From positions 1 to 47,488 of the forward strand of contig JAYUGC010000186.1 of assembly GCA_043767805.1 (NCBI GenBank): 47,488 nt of DNA, written 5' to 3'. Both the position numbers and the translations under genes were made by a program. Shown piece after piece: positions 1-10,311 of this stretch. Positions within the stretch are counted from its first letter, which is position 1. Every line of letters starts with the position of its first letter. The notes beneath the pieces are model-generated. The model had not been told where the DNA came from, ran no database searches, and saw nothing but the letters and a program-made list of their open reading frames with translations. The DNA is from Pseudomonadota bacterium (lineage in GTDB: Bacteria > Bdellovibrionota > FAC87 > UBA2466).

Positions 1-214
1 CTGGCCCATGGCCCGCCCGATCCCGCCGGGGCAGCTGGCGGCGGTCGCGGTTGTCGGTTTCGTCCTGGACGTCGTTTCTCTCGGCGATCGCGTTTCCCAT
101 GTCGCCTATGGAGCGCACGTGGGCGGCTTCTTCTCGGGCATAGCCGTGGCGCTTTTATTGACCTCCTTGGTACCCGGTCCGCGCCGGCCCCCGGTTGCCG
201 CCCGTGACGCCTAA
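1..214 (+). CDS. Rhomboid family intramembrane serine protease, C-terminal part (5' truncated by window)
   Basis: VAYGAHVGGFFSG matches the rhomboid catalytic-His motif (AHxGGxxxG) within hydrophobic TM segments; the frame is open back to the window edge. Confidence 0.8.
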   Translation, partial: WPMARPIPPGQLAAVAVVGFVLDVVSLGDRVSHVAYGAHVGGFFSGIAVALLLTSLVPGPRRPPVAARDA

Positions 215-270
215 AATTGACCCCGCCCCCCGACTCAAGTAACACCTAAGGCCGGTATAGGGGTGCCTGC

Positions 271-1143
271 ATGAAGTCTCTCGGATTGTCTTTATTGGTC
301 TTGGTTCTGGGAACCGGCGCCTTCGCCGGCGACACAAAAAAGGGGAAAGGCTTCGACTGGCAAAACTCTCCGTCCAAAGAGACGGCGAGGGAGGTGATCC
401 GCACCCGAAGGTTCGCCGCCAAGCGCGACCTCAACGTCTACCTCGCGGACTTTCCCGCCCAGTTCGCCGACGATCTCTTTCGCCTCGGGCCCCAGGACCA
501 TCTGCTGGACGCGGGCGGCGGCGCGTTTTACTTCGCCGAGGAAGTCATTTCGCTTCGTAAAATGCCCGCTTCCGGTCCCGCGCTGGACCCCAAGGTTAAA
601 GCGAAGTTCGGCACGTTTCTAGAAAAACCCATTACGCAACGGCCCCAGGTCACCGCGATCTCTCTCAATCTCGAGCGTAAAAACATTCCGACGTACGAAG
701 GCCGCCTCAAATTATTTTGGGGCCGTTTCTTCGCGGAGATCCCCGAGACCGAGCTCGGCAAATTCGAGCTCATCACCGATTTAAAAGGCATCTTCGCGTA
801 CTCACCCGACGCTGACGAAGTGCTGCGCCGTTACCTTTCGCTTCTCAATGACTCGGGCGAACTCTACCTCTACCTGGGCGAAGACGATCGGCAGGGGTTT
901 GCCTATACGAGCACCGTGCGCAACAAGGCGGGAAAAAAGATGCCGCTCGCCGAATGGGTGCAGAGCCTGCCAGGACTCAAGGTTCAGCTTCTTGCCGGTT
1001 CCGGTGCCGCGGCCCCGAATCAAAATCACACGCTGCGGATCCAAATCGAGGACCGGACGAAGGTGGCCATTCCCGTCTTGAGTCTCTTAGGCATCGACTC
1101 ACAACACGACGGGCCCCCTACCCGCGTGTATTACGAACGATAA
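271..1143 (+). CDS. Secreted hypothetical protein with a class I SAM-methyltransferase-like fold
   Basis: Sec signal (MKSLGLSLLVLVLGTGAFA); motif I-like HLLDAGGG; FELITDLKG and LNDSGELYL resemble MTase motifs II/III. Confidence 0.55.
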   Translation: MKSLGLSLLVLVLGTGAFAGDTKKGKGFDWQNSPSKETAREVIRTRRFAAKRDLNVYLADFPAQFADDLFRLGPQDHLLDAGGGAFYFAEEVISLRKMPASGPALDPKVKAKFGTFLEKPITQRPQVTAISLNLERKNIPTYEGRLKLFWGRFFAEIPETELGKFELITDLKGIFAYSPDADEVLRRYLSLLNDSGELYLYLGEDDRQGFAYTSTVRNKAGKKMPLAEWVQSLPGLKVQLLAGSGAAAPNQNHTLRIQIEDRTKVAIPVLSLLGIDSQHDGPPTRVYYER

Positions 1144-1183
1144 GGTATAATTAAGTACCTGGGACGCGAGTCTCGGGCCACGT

Positions 1184-1615
1184 ATGAATATCCGCCATTT
1201 TTTTGTACTAGGGGTTCTGACGCTACAAGTCCTCGCCTTGGGCGCGGATTTCAATTGGAAGGAAGTGGACGAGATCACGCTCACCCTTCCCCAGGGGTCG
1301 AGTCTCGCGGCCAAAGGCCATTTCATTCGCGTGACCTTCTTGAAAGACGGCACGGCGGTGAAGCGCGACTTCAACACCAACGCCGTCTTCAACGGCGAGA
1401 TGGCTAAAGCGATCTACGAAGAGCTAGCCAAAGCCGTCGTGGAAGAAAAGGCGTTCATTTCGGCGCCGCCCGCTGAAGTCACGGGCGCCGCTAAAGAAGC
1501 CGCCATCGTATACGGCGGAGAGAAAAGAAAGTTTCGGTTTGGATTGGCGGATAAAGCGGCGATCCTCGATAAAATCGAGTCCGCCATCGATCTCGTTCGC
1601 TGGAAGAAACTCTAG
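1184..1615 (+). CDS. Secreted hypothetical protein
   Basis: 143-aa ORF with a signal peptide (MNIRHFFVLGVLTLQVLALG); TATAAT at about 1147. Confidence 0.7.
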   Translation: MNIRHFFVLGVLTLQVLALGADFNWKEVDEITLTLPQGSSLAAKGHFIRVTFLKDGTAVKRDFNTNAVFNGEMAKAIYEELAKAVVEEKAFISAPPAEVTGAAKEAAIVYGGEKRKFRFGLADKAAILDKIESAIDLVRWKKL

Positions 1616-1616
1616 C

Positions 1617-2138
1617 TTAACGGCCTTCCGATTTTCGCTTTTGGAAAAACGCGATCATTTCGGACTTTTCCCCGGCGCTGAGACCCGCCAAGAACTGCTC
1701 CATTTCCTTTGGAGGAGTGATCCCGCCGCTTAGCATGGAAATGGACTCATCCGTCCCCTTGGGCGCGCGAGAGTGACACTTGAGACATTGCGCGGGCATC
1801 AAACCAGCCGTAACCGAGCCGCCATTACCTCTAGGTCGAGTCGTATCGTCGACTTGGGTGTTGGGCCATTTATTTCCCGTGGTTCCCGAGCCGATGCCTT
1901 GGCCGACTTGGCCCAAGCCAGGGTTGATCCCGAGAGTCGAGCCCGAGCCGCCACGGCCGGCGAAACAGCTATTGACGAGATCCGAAAGCTTTTTGGCGGA
2001 GCTAGATCCCGACGAGGGCCGGCTCAGATTGAAGGTATCGCCCGTACCACTGTCATGCCTCGGCTCTCCGAAGAGAGGGTGACAGGCGAGAGTGAGAACT
2101 CCCAGCGCAAACAATAATTTTTTCGAGCTCAACTTCAT
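1617..2138 (-). CDS. Monoheme c-type cytochrome, probably a lipoprotein, with a Gly/Ser-rich linker
   Basis: Start moved to ATG 2138 (MKLSSKK..., GAGG upstream); TLAC lipobox-like; single CxxCH (CLKCH) and downstream Met residues. Confidence 0.65.
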   Translation of the reverse strand: MKLSSKKLLFALGVLTLACHPLFGEPRHDSGTGDTFNLSRPSSGSSSAKKLSDLVNSCFAGRGGSGSTLGINPGLGQVGQGIGSGTTGNKWPNTQVDDTTRPRGNGGSVTAGLMPAQCLKCHSRAPKGTDESISMLSGGITPPKEMEQFLAGLSAGEKSEMIAFFQKRKSEGR

Positions 2139-2194
2139 CACAACTGCCTCCACTAGGGCACACGCACCACAAACCGCTGCTCTCGTCGTATTAG

Positions 2195-2210
2195 TGCAAG
2201 GGAGATGCCA
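2195..2210 (-). promoter_or_regulatory. Sigma54 (-24/-12) promoter for the cytochrome c gene
   Basis: Minus strand reads TGGCAT-CTCCC-TTGCA (GG-N10-GC), 56 nt upstream of ATG 2138. Confidence 0.7.
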
Positions 2211-2302
2211 CGAAGGGCGGAGGGAGGCGCACAACCAGTGCACGGGGTCCCGCGCTCTCGAGGTAGCTGTATTCTTTTTGTAGGGCAGTTACGAAAAACG
2301 CC

Positions 2303-3109
2303 CTAGTGCGAGGCAGCTGTCGAAAGGCTAGCTGGTAGTGCTGCCGTTCTACGGTTTTGCACCCGGAAGCGCTCGGGCGTCCACAGTCCCAGGCGCGCCG
2401 AGAGCCCGGCGAGCGAGCAAGCGAGCACGCCGAGGCCATAAATGACGCTACGGCGGAAATTGATGGAGCTCGCCTCTTCGAAATATTTCGTGGGCACGCT
2501 GATTTCGCCGATGCGGAACCCCGCGACGTGGCACTGCACGAGCATCTCATTATCGAAGACGAAATCGTCGCTATTGCCGGCGAGAGGGAGGGTCATCAGG
2601 ACTTCCTTGGAGAAAGCCCGGTAGCCCGTGTGGTACTCGGAAAGCTTCTGGCCGATGCAAACATTCTCGATGAGAGTCAGCATGCGGTTGAAGAGATACT
2701 TATAGAGCGGCATGCCGCCGGTAAGAGCGCCCTTACCCAAAATGCGGGAGCCCAAAGCGACGTCATACACTTCGGTCGCCACGAGTCCCGCCAAAGCGCC
2801 GAGCAGCTTCGGCTCGTACTGATAATCCGGGTGCAGCATCACGACTACGTCGGCATCCTGCAGGATAGCCTCGCGGTAACAGGTTTTTTGATTGCCCCCG
2901 TAACCGAGATTGCGATCGTGGGAGACGACCTTGAGCGGATACTTCGCGGCCAGACGCGTGGCCACTTCCACGGTGGCATCCCGGGACTTGTCATCGACCA
3001 GAATGAATAGGTCCACGACTCCCGCGGGCACGTCGGCCAAAGTTTTTTCCAGTGTCTTTGCCGCGTTGTAAGCGGGAAGTACGGCCACGATTTTCTTGTC
3101 TGCCAACAT
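2303..3109 (-). CDS. Glycosyltransferase family 2 (DPM1-like polyprenol-phosphate glycosyltransferase)
   Basis: [51 protein letters not shown]; start taken at MLADKK (3109). Confidence 0.9.
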   Translation of the reverse strand: MLADKKIVAVLPAYNAAKTLEKTLADVPAGVVDLFILVDDKSRDATVEVATRLAAKYPLKVVSHDRNLGYGGNQKTCYREAILQDADVVVMLHPDYQYEPKLLGALAGLVATEVYDVALGSRILGKGALTGGMPLYKYLFNRMLTLIENVCIGQKLSEYHTGYRAFSKEVLMTLPLAGNSDDFVFDNEMLVQCHVAGFRIGEISVPTKYFEEASSINFRRSVIYGLGVLACSLAGLSARLGLWTPERFRVQNRRTAALPASLSTAASH

Positions 3110-3119
3110 GAAGGACTTC

Positions 3120-3596
3120 CTATTTCTGGCCCAGGATGGAGACCTGCGCATCAAACGCGATGGTCATGGGAAAAAAGCAGCTCGTCTCTTCGCACGCTTG
3201 GTAACGGATCTTGCCCTGTAAGCGCCGGCGGCCGCTCTTGGCTTTGCCGGTCGCGGTGAGCGGGACACGGATTTCCACGTCGCCGTCATAGGTGGCAATG
3301 TCCGAATCGGAGCCCTTCAAGCGAAACGATTTAGAAGTCGGATAAGCGGGCGCGCCCACTTCGAGCCCTTCCGCGCCGTTCACGGTGAGGGTCGTCGGAA
3401 TGAGGTTCTTCTTGCTCGCGGGGTTGGCTTGAATGTGCATGCCCGGATCGACTTTGAAACGAAACGAAAGCATGACGGTCTCGCCCGGATGAATCTTGAT
3501 GTGATCCATCGGCGTCATTGAAAGATACTTGGCGTCGCTCGCCGGAGCACTCGCCTGGAGACCGAGCCAGAGCAAAACGGCAAAAGCCCGCTTCAT
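3120..3596 (-). CDS. Secreted DsbD N-terminal (Ig-like) domain protein
   Basis: Signal peptide; [10 protein letters not shown] and [12 protein letters not shown] (CxxxxC of DsbD-alpha). Confidence 0.8.
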   Translation of the reverse strand: MKRAFAVLLWLGLQASAPASDAKYLSMTPMDHIKIHPGETVMLSFRFKVDPGMHIQANPASKKNLIPTTLTVNGAEGLEVGAPAYPTSKSFRLKGSDSDIATYDGDVEIRVPLTATGKAKSGRRRLQGKIRYQACEETSCFFPMTIAFDAQVSILGQK

Positions 3597-3910
3597 TTAC
3601 CCATCGCCTCGTTCACCATGGTCTGAAGCTCGCCCTTTTCATAGAGGTCGCGCACGATGTCGAAGCCGCCGATGAATTCCCCTTTGAGAAAAATCTGGGG
3701 AATGGTGGGCCACTTCGTAAATTGCTTGATGCCGTCTCGGATATTGGGATCGGAAAGGACGTCCACCGTCTTGTACTTCGCGCCCACCGAATCGAGGATG
3801 TCCATGACGCCCTTCGAGAACCCGCACATGGGCATCTCGCGGCTACCTTTCACGAAAACCACGATGGTTTGGCTCGCGATGGTGTCTGAAATCGATTTTT
3901 GAGAGTCCAT
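3593..3910 (-). CDS. grxD: Monothiol glutaredoxin Grx4
   Basis: PMCGFS active site, WPTIPQ, GGFDI. Confidence 0.95.
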   Translation of the reverse strand: MDSQKSISDTIASQTIVVFVKGSREMPMCGFSKGVMDILDSVGAKYKTVDVLSDPNIRDGIKQFTKWPTIPQIFLKGEFIGGFDIVRDLYEKGELQTMVNEAMGK

Positions 3911-3913
3911 TCG

Positions 3914-4159
3914 TTACGTCCTTTCGGCCTCGGCCGGAGTCAAAGTCTTCAAAGAAAGTGCGTGAATTTCCGCTCCCACGACGGCGCCGAGCGCCTCATA
4001 CACCATGCGGTGACGGGCCACCAGGGTCTTACCCTGAAAAGCCTCGGAAACCACCAGGAGCTCGAAATGATCGCTAGTGCCTGTCATATCCCGCACTTGC
4101 GCGAGCGATCCGGGAAAACGGGTCGCCACCAATGCTTCGATTTTTTGGGCGGAAAACAT
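3914..4159 (-). CDS. bolA: BolA/IbaG family protein
   Basis: DHFELLVVSEAFQGK, RHRMVYEAL, IHALSLKT; adjacent to grxD. Confidence 0.93.
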   Translation of the reverse strand: MFSAQKIEALVATRFPGSLAQVRDMTGTSDHFELLVVSEAFQGKTLVARHRMVYEALGAVVGAEIHALSLKTLTPAEAERT

Positions 4160-4341
4160 GGCGTCATCCTACCCCGAGCCGCTCTGAAACTTCAATAAAG
4201 GGGTCGCGGGAACCATTAGGGGGTGCCTCGATAGGAGAAATCGGGCCGAAAAGCCCCTATTCCGGTAAGGGATCGGGCTCGACCGCGGCCATGTCTGCTT
4301 CGTAAGTATAAGGTTAACTTTCCATGTCGGTCTTTCGGCTG

Positions 4342-6179
<1,838 letters not shown>

Positions 6180-7634
6180 CTAACCATCGAGCAACTTTTT
6201 CACCAATTCGTTTAGCACCTTCGGGTTCGCCTGGCCTTGCGTTTCCTTCATGACCTGGCCCACGAAGAAACCAAGAAGCTTCACTTTGCCAGCCTTGTAG
6301 TCGGTAAGCTGCGTGGGATTGGCTTCCATGGTCTTCCTGATGGCCGCTTCCAGAGCGCCCGTGTCGCTTATCTGGGTGAGGCCTTTCTCTTTAATGACGT
6401 CCCGAGGCGCTTTTCCCGCGGTGAACATGTCGTCGAAAACAGTTTTGGCGATCTTGCCGCTGATCTCACCCGACTCGATGAGCTGAATCAGAGTACCGAG
6501 ATTGGCGCTGGTGACCGGCGTCGCTTCGATCTCTTTGCCAACGGCATGAAGGCGGCCCAAGAGCTCGTTCATGACCCAGTTGGCGGCGATCTTCGGCTGC
6601 TTGCAGACGGCGACCACTTCCTCGAAAAAGCGCGAAAGCTCACGGGAGCTAGTCAGCACGGCAGCGTCATAGCCCGATAAACCATGCTGCTCCGTGAACC
6701 GAGCCTTCTTGGCGTCGGGAAGCTCGGGCAGGCTCTTCCTGATGCTTTCCATCCAATCGTTCGTAATGAGGAGCGGCGGAAGATCGGGCTCCGGGAAATA
6801 ACGGTAGTCGTTGGCCTCTTCCTTATCGCGCATCACTTCCGTGATGCCTTTTGCCGGGTCAAAGCTTCGGGTCTGCTGGCGGATCTTTTCGCCCGCTTCG
6901 ACGGCCTGGATCTGGCGGTCGATCTCGTACTCGATGGCTTTCTCGACGTAGCGGAACGAGTTGATGTTTTTTAGCTCCGTGCGCGTTCCGAACTTCGTGG
7001 CACCCCGGCGCCGCACCGAAATATTCGCGTCGCAGCGGAAGCTGCCTTCGTCCATGTTGCCGTCGCACACATCGGCATACCGCAAAATGCTGCGCAATTT
7101 GCGCAAGTACTGGCCCGCCTCCTCGGCGGTGCGCATGTCCGGCTCGCTGACGATCTCACAAAGAGGCACGCCCGCGCGGTTCAAGTTCACGCGCGTGCCG
7201 GCGAAATCGTGCACGGACTTTCCGGCGTCTTCCTCGAAATGAATGCGGGTCAAACCGATCTTCTTCTCCGAGCCATCCTTTAACTGAATGGTGAGACTGC
7301 CGCCCGTGCAGAAGGGGCGCTCGTACTGGCTGATCTGATAGCCCTTCGGCAAATCGGGATAGAAATAGTTTTTCCGCGCGAAGATGCTTTCCTGATGGAC
7401 CGTGCCGCCGACCGCGAGCGCCGCACGCACGCCGAGCTCGATGGCGCCTTGATTGAGCACCGGGAGAGACCCGGGCTGGCCGGTGCACACGGGACAAACT
7501 TGCGAGTTGGGCTCCATGCCGTAGAGATTCTGGCAGGAGCAAAACATCTTGCTGCGGGTCAGAAGCTGGGCATGCACTTCGAGCCCGATGACGGCCTCGT
7601 ACTTCTCCTGAAGCTCACGCGATAAATTGCTCAC
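6180..7634 (-). CDS. gatB: Asp/Glu-tRNA amidotransferase subunit B
   Basis: IGLEVHAQL, RKNYFYPDLPKGYQISQ, EEDAGKS, YRYFPEPDL, YqeY-like tail. Confidence 0.98.
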   Translation of the reverse strand: MSNLSRELQEKYEAVIGLEVHAQLLTRSKMFCSCQNLYGMEPNSQVCPVCTGQPGSLPVLNQGAIELGVRAALAVGGTVHQESIFARKNYFYPDLPKGYQISQYERPFCTGGSLTIQLKDGSEKKIGLTRIHFEEDAGKSVHDFAGTRVNLNRAGVPLCEIVSEPDMRTAEEAGQYLRKLRSILRYADVCDGNMDEGSFRCDANISVRRRGATKFGTRTELKNINSFRYVEKAIEYEIDRQIQAVEAGEKIRQQTRSFDPAKGITEVMRDKEEANDYRYFPEPDLPPLLITNDWMESIRKSLPELPDAKKARFTEQHGLSGYDAAVLTSSRELSRFFEEVVAVCKQPKIAANWVMNELLGRLHAVGKEIEATPVTSANLGTLIQLIESGEISGKIAKTVFDDMFTAGKAPRDVIKEKGLTQISDTGALEAAIRKTMEANPTQLTDYKAGKVKLLGFFVGQVMKETQGQANPKVLNELVKKLLDG

Positions 7635-9106
7635 TTGCCACCTCCCTTGAGAGGCGGAGGCAACTCAAAACCGCCGCGGGCTTTCTCGAACGCATGAGAG
7701 ACTTGAAAGAGCTGCGTCTCTTCGAAATTGCGGCCGATGATCTGAAGGCCAATCGGAAGCTTTCGCTTGTCGAGCCCGCACGGAATTGAAATACCGGGAA
7801 GGCCGGCGAGATTCACCGGCAAGGTGAAAATGTCGGAGAGATACATCGTCAGCGGATCGCTCGTCTTTTCTCCCAATTTAAACGCCGTCGTCGGCGCGGT
7901 GGGAGAAGCGATGCAATCACACTGGGTGAAAGCCGCTTCGAAATCCGACTGAATGAGCGCGCGCACTTGATTCGCCTTCATGTAAAAGGCGTCGAAGTAA
8001 CCAGCGCTCAAGGCGTAGGTGCCGAGCATGATGCGCATCTTGACCTCGGGACCGAATCCCTCACCGCGGCTCCTCATATAGAGGGCTTCCGCCGTGTCGG
8101 CTTTCGCCGTACGATGCCCGTAATGGACGCCGTCGAAACGCGCGAGGTTGCTGCTCGCTTCCGAAGGGGCGACGATGTAGTAGGTCGAAAGGGCGTACTT
8201 CACGTGGGGAAGCTTGATATCGACGATTTTCGCGCCTTCGCCCTGAAACGTGACCAGCGCCGCTTCGAAAGACGACCGCACTTCGGCGTCCACGCCTTCG
8301 AGCCAGTCGCGGGAAACGCCAATGCGCACGTTCTTTAGAGAATAATTCTGTAAGGCCTCCGTGTAGGAGGGCACCACCCGGCGCGACGAGGTCGCGTCTT
8401 TCGTGTGGTAGCCGGCCATCACTTCAAGCAAGCGCGCCGAGTCCCAGACGGTTCTGGTGATGGGCCCCACTTGATCGAGGGAGCTCGCGAACGCGACGAT
8501 GCCGTAACGGCTCACTCGTCCATAAGACGGCTTCACGCCGACGACGCCGCAAAAACTCGCGGGCTGACGGATGGAACCGCCCGTATCCGTTCCGAGAGAA
8601 GCCACCGCATGACCCGCGGCCACCGCCGCGGCCGAGCCGCCCGACGATCCTCCCGGCACCCGGCTCGTATCCCAAGGATTGCGAACGGGACCGTAAGCGC
8701 TGTTCTCATTCGAAGAGCCCATGGCGAACTCGTCGAGATTCGTCTTGCCGACGATGAGCGCGCCCGCCGCCTCTAACCGCTCCACGCAACCGGCCGTATA
8801 GGGAGACACGTAACCGGCTAGGATCTTGGAGCCGGCCGTCATCTTCCAGCCCTTGCAAAGAAAGTTGTCTTTCACGGCAATGGGCACGCCGAAAAGAGGA
8901 AGCTTCGTCGAGGAATTGATTTGCGCTTCGAGCTCCTGCGCGCGCTTCATGGTGAGCTCGGCATTGATCTCGAGAAAATCGTTGTAGGTCGCGTTCTCTT
9001 TCTGGATCGCGTCCAAATAGTTTTTCGCAAGCTCGGTCGGAGAAAAACGCCGCTTGCGGTAACCGTCCAAAGTGCCGTGGAGATCGAGACTTCGAATGTC
9101 GCTCAT
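7631..9106 (-). CDS. gatA: Asp/Glu-tRNA amidotransferase subunit A
   Basis: Amidase signature GKTNLDEFAMGSS, PGGSSGGSAAAV, GTDTGGSIRQPAS; EASSNLARFDG. Confidence 0.98.
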   Translation of the reverse strand: MSDIRSLDLHGTLDGYRKRRFSPTELAKNYLDAIQKENATYNDFLEINAELTMKRAQELEAQINSSTKLPLFGVPIAVKDNFLCKGWKMTAGSKILAGYVSPYTAGCVERLEAAGALIVGKTNLDEFAMGSSNENSAYGPVRNPWDTSRVPGGSSGGSAAAVAAGHAVASLGTDTGGSIRQPASFCGVVGVKPSYGRVSRYGIVAFASSLDQVGPITRTVWDSARLLEVMAGYHTKDATSSRRVVPSYTEALQNYSLKNVRIGVSRDWLEGVDAEVRSSFEAALVTFQGEGAKIVDIKLPHVKYALSTYYIVAPSEASSNLARFDGVHYGHRTAKADTAEALYMRSRGEGFGPEVKMRIMLGTYALSAGYFDAFYMKANQVRALIQSDFEAAFTQCDCIASPTAPTTAFKLGEKTSDPLTMYLSDIFTLPVNLAGLPGISIPCGLDKRKLPIGLQIIGRNFEETQLFQVSHAFEKARGGFELPPPLKGGGK

Positions 9107-9399
9107 GTGGTCTCCGCGTCCATCACGGCCGGAAGCAGAAACTGATTTGCTTCGGAAGCCGGAGCGTTGTCCACGAGGGCCGCCATGTTCGTAAAGGCGA
9201 TGGCTTTGTCTTCGCGAAAGGCGACGACATCGTTGGGGATGTGGCGAACGAAGGTTTTCGAGGCCGCTCCCACTTGCGCCAGGTCGCGCACGTGATCCAA
9301 AACCTGGCTCAACTTCTTGCGGTATACCTCGACTTCGGGCTCGGAAAGCTCGAGTCGGGCGAGTTTCGCAATTTTAAGGACTTCCTCGCGGCTTAACAT
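9103..9399 (-). CDS. gatC: Asp/Glu-tRNA amidotransferase subunit C
   Basis: REEVLKIAKLARL, FRED, NAP; immediately upstream of gatA. Confidence 0.92.
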   Translation of the reverse strand: MLSREEVLKIAKLARLELSEPEVEVYRKKLSQVLDHVRDLAQVGAASKTFVRHIPNDVVAFREDKAIAFTNMAALVDNAPASEANQFLLPAVMDAETT

Positions 9400-9420
9400 A
9401 GTTCGAGCACCATACCGCCT

Positions 9421-10311
9421 CTACCACCAATCGCCAAGCTGGACGCCGCTTCCGGGCACCGCGTCGACGACCCCCGGAACGCGAACCATCGGGCATTCCC
9501 GGAGTCCCATGCTTTGAGATGTCCAAGGACGCCAATACCGAAGCCGGCCGAGACCTAAAGCGGCGGCTCTCGCCGTCCCGGCCTCGACGCAACGGCCGCA
9601 ATCTTCCTGGAGCCAAAGGGCATCGACCCGGTCGTGAATGGGATCGGGGGCCAGCGCCAAGACATGGGCGTGATCGGTCTCGAAAAACGTGTCTCCCGCC
9701 CAAGGTTTCTGCTTCAGGGAACCGAAGTAGCGAAACCGCTCCAGTTGCCAGTCCATGAGCTCACGATCGGGCTCGGGCCAAGCGGTGTGGGGAGGCGCTT
9801 GGGCGGCAAGGTCCGCGCGGGCCCACTTTTGGTACTCGAAAAAGGCGGTCGCGGGAATCGGCCGCAAGGGACCGCCAATCTCGCTCGCGGAAAAAACATC
9901 CAGCTCTTCATGGACGGTTACTTTGAAACCGAGGGTCTCGTAAAAACTGGGATCGATATCTGAAAAAAGGAGCGAGGCCCGGTCGGGCTCCGTCTTAAAG
10001 AGCTCGGTGAGAAGAGTTTTAGCGTACCCATGACCTCGGTGACTTTTGGGCGTCACAACCGAGGCGATAAGCCAGGCATCCCGTACCTTGTCTCCGACCT
10101 TCAAGCGAATCGAGACCGTATCGAGTGAGCTTAAGATTGCTTTGCCGTCTCGCCAGATCCAGGTTTGCACCCGGGACCGGCCGAACGGATGGGCGTAGAG
10201 ACGGCGATTTCTCTCCAGGAACTGCTGGTCTGTGAGCCTGCCGCGCCATTCGAGAGCGCGCTCCCCGGCCAAGCTCTCGCGGTCGGCTTCGGTTCCGGCC
10301 TCGAGCCTCAC
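9421..10311 (-). CDS. GNAT family N-acetyltransferase
   Basis: IASVVTPKSHRGHGYAKTLL acetyl-CoA motif A; LFSDIDPSFYETLGF. Confidence 0.85.
   Translation of the reverse strand: MRLEAGTEADRESLAGERALEWRGRLTDQQFLERNRRLYAHPFGRSRVQTWIWRDGKAILSSLDTVSIRLKVGDKVRDAWLIASVVTPKSHRGHGYAKTLLTELFKTEPDRASLLFSDIDPSFYETLGFKVTVHEELDVFSASEIGGPLRPIPATAFFEYQKWARADLAAQAPPHTAWPEPDRELMDWQLERFRYFGSLKQKPWAGDTFFETDHAHVLALAPDPIHDRVDALWLQEDCGRCVEAGTARAAALGLGRLRYWRPWTSQSMGLRECPMVRVPGVVDAVPGSGVQLGDWW

Noticed and set aside
4197..4292. TPP or c-di-AMP riboswitch (GGGGTGC / GGGAACC similarity)
   Set aside because: Lacks CTGAGA and the other conserved cores, and is on the opposite strand to the flanking genes
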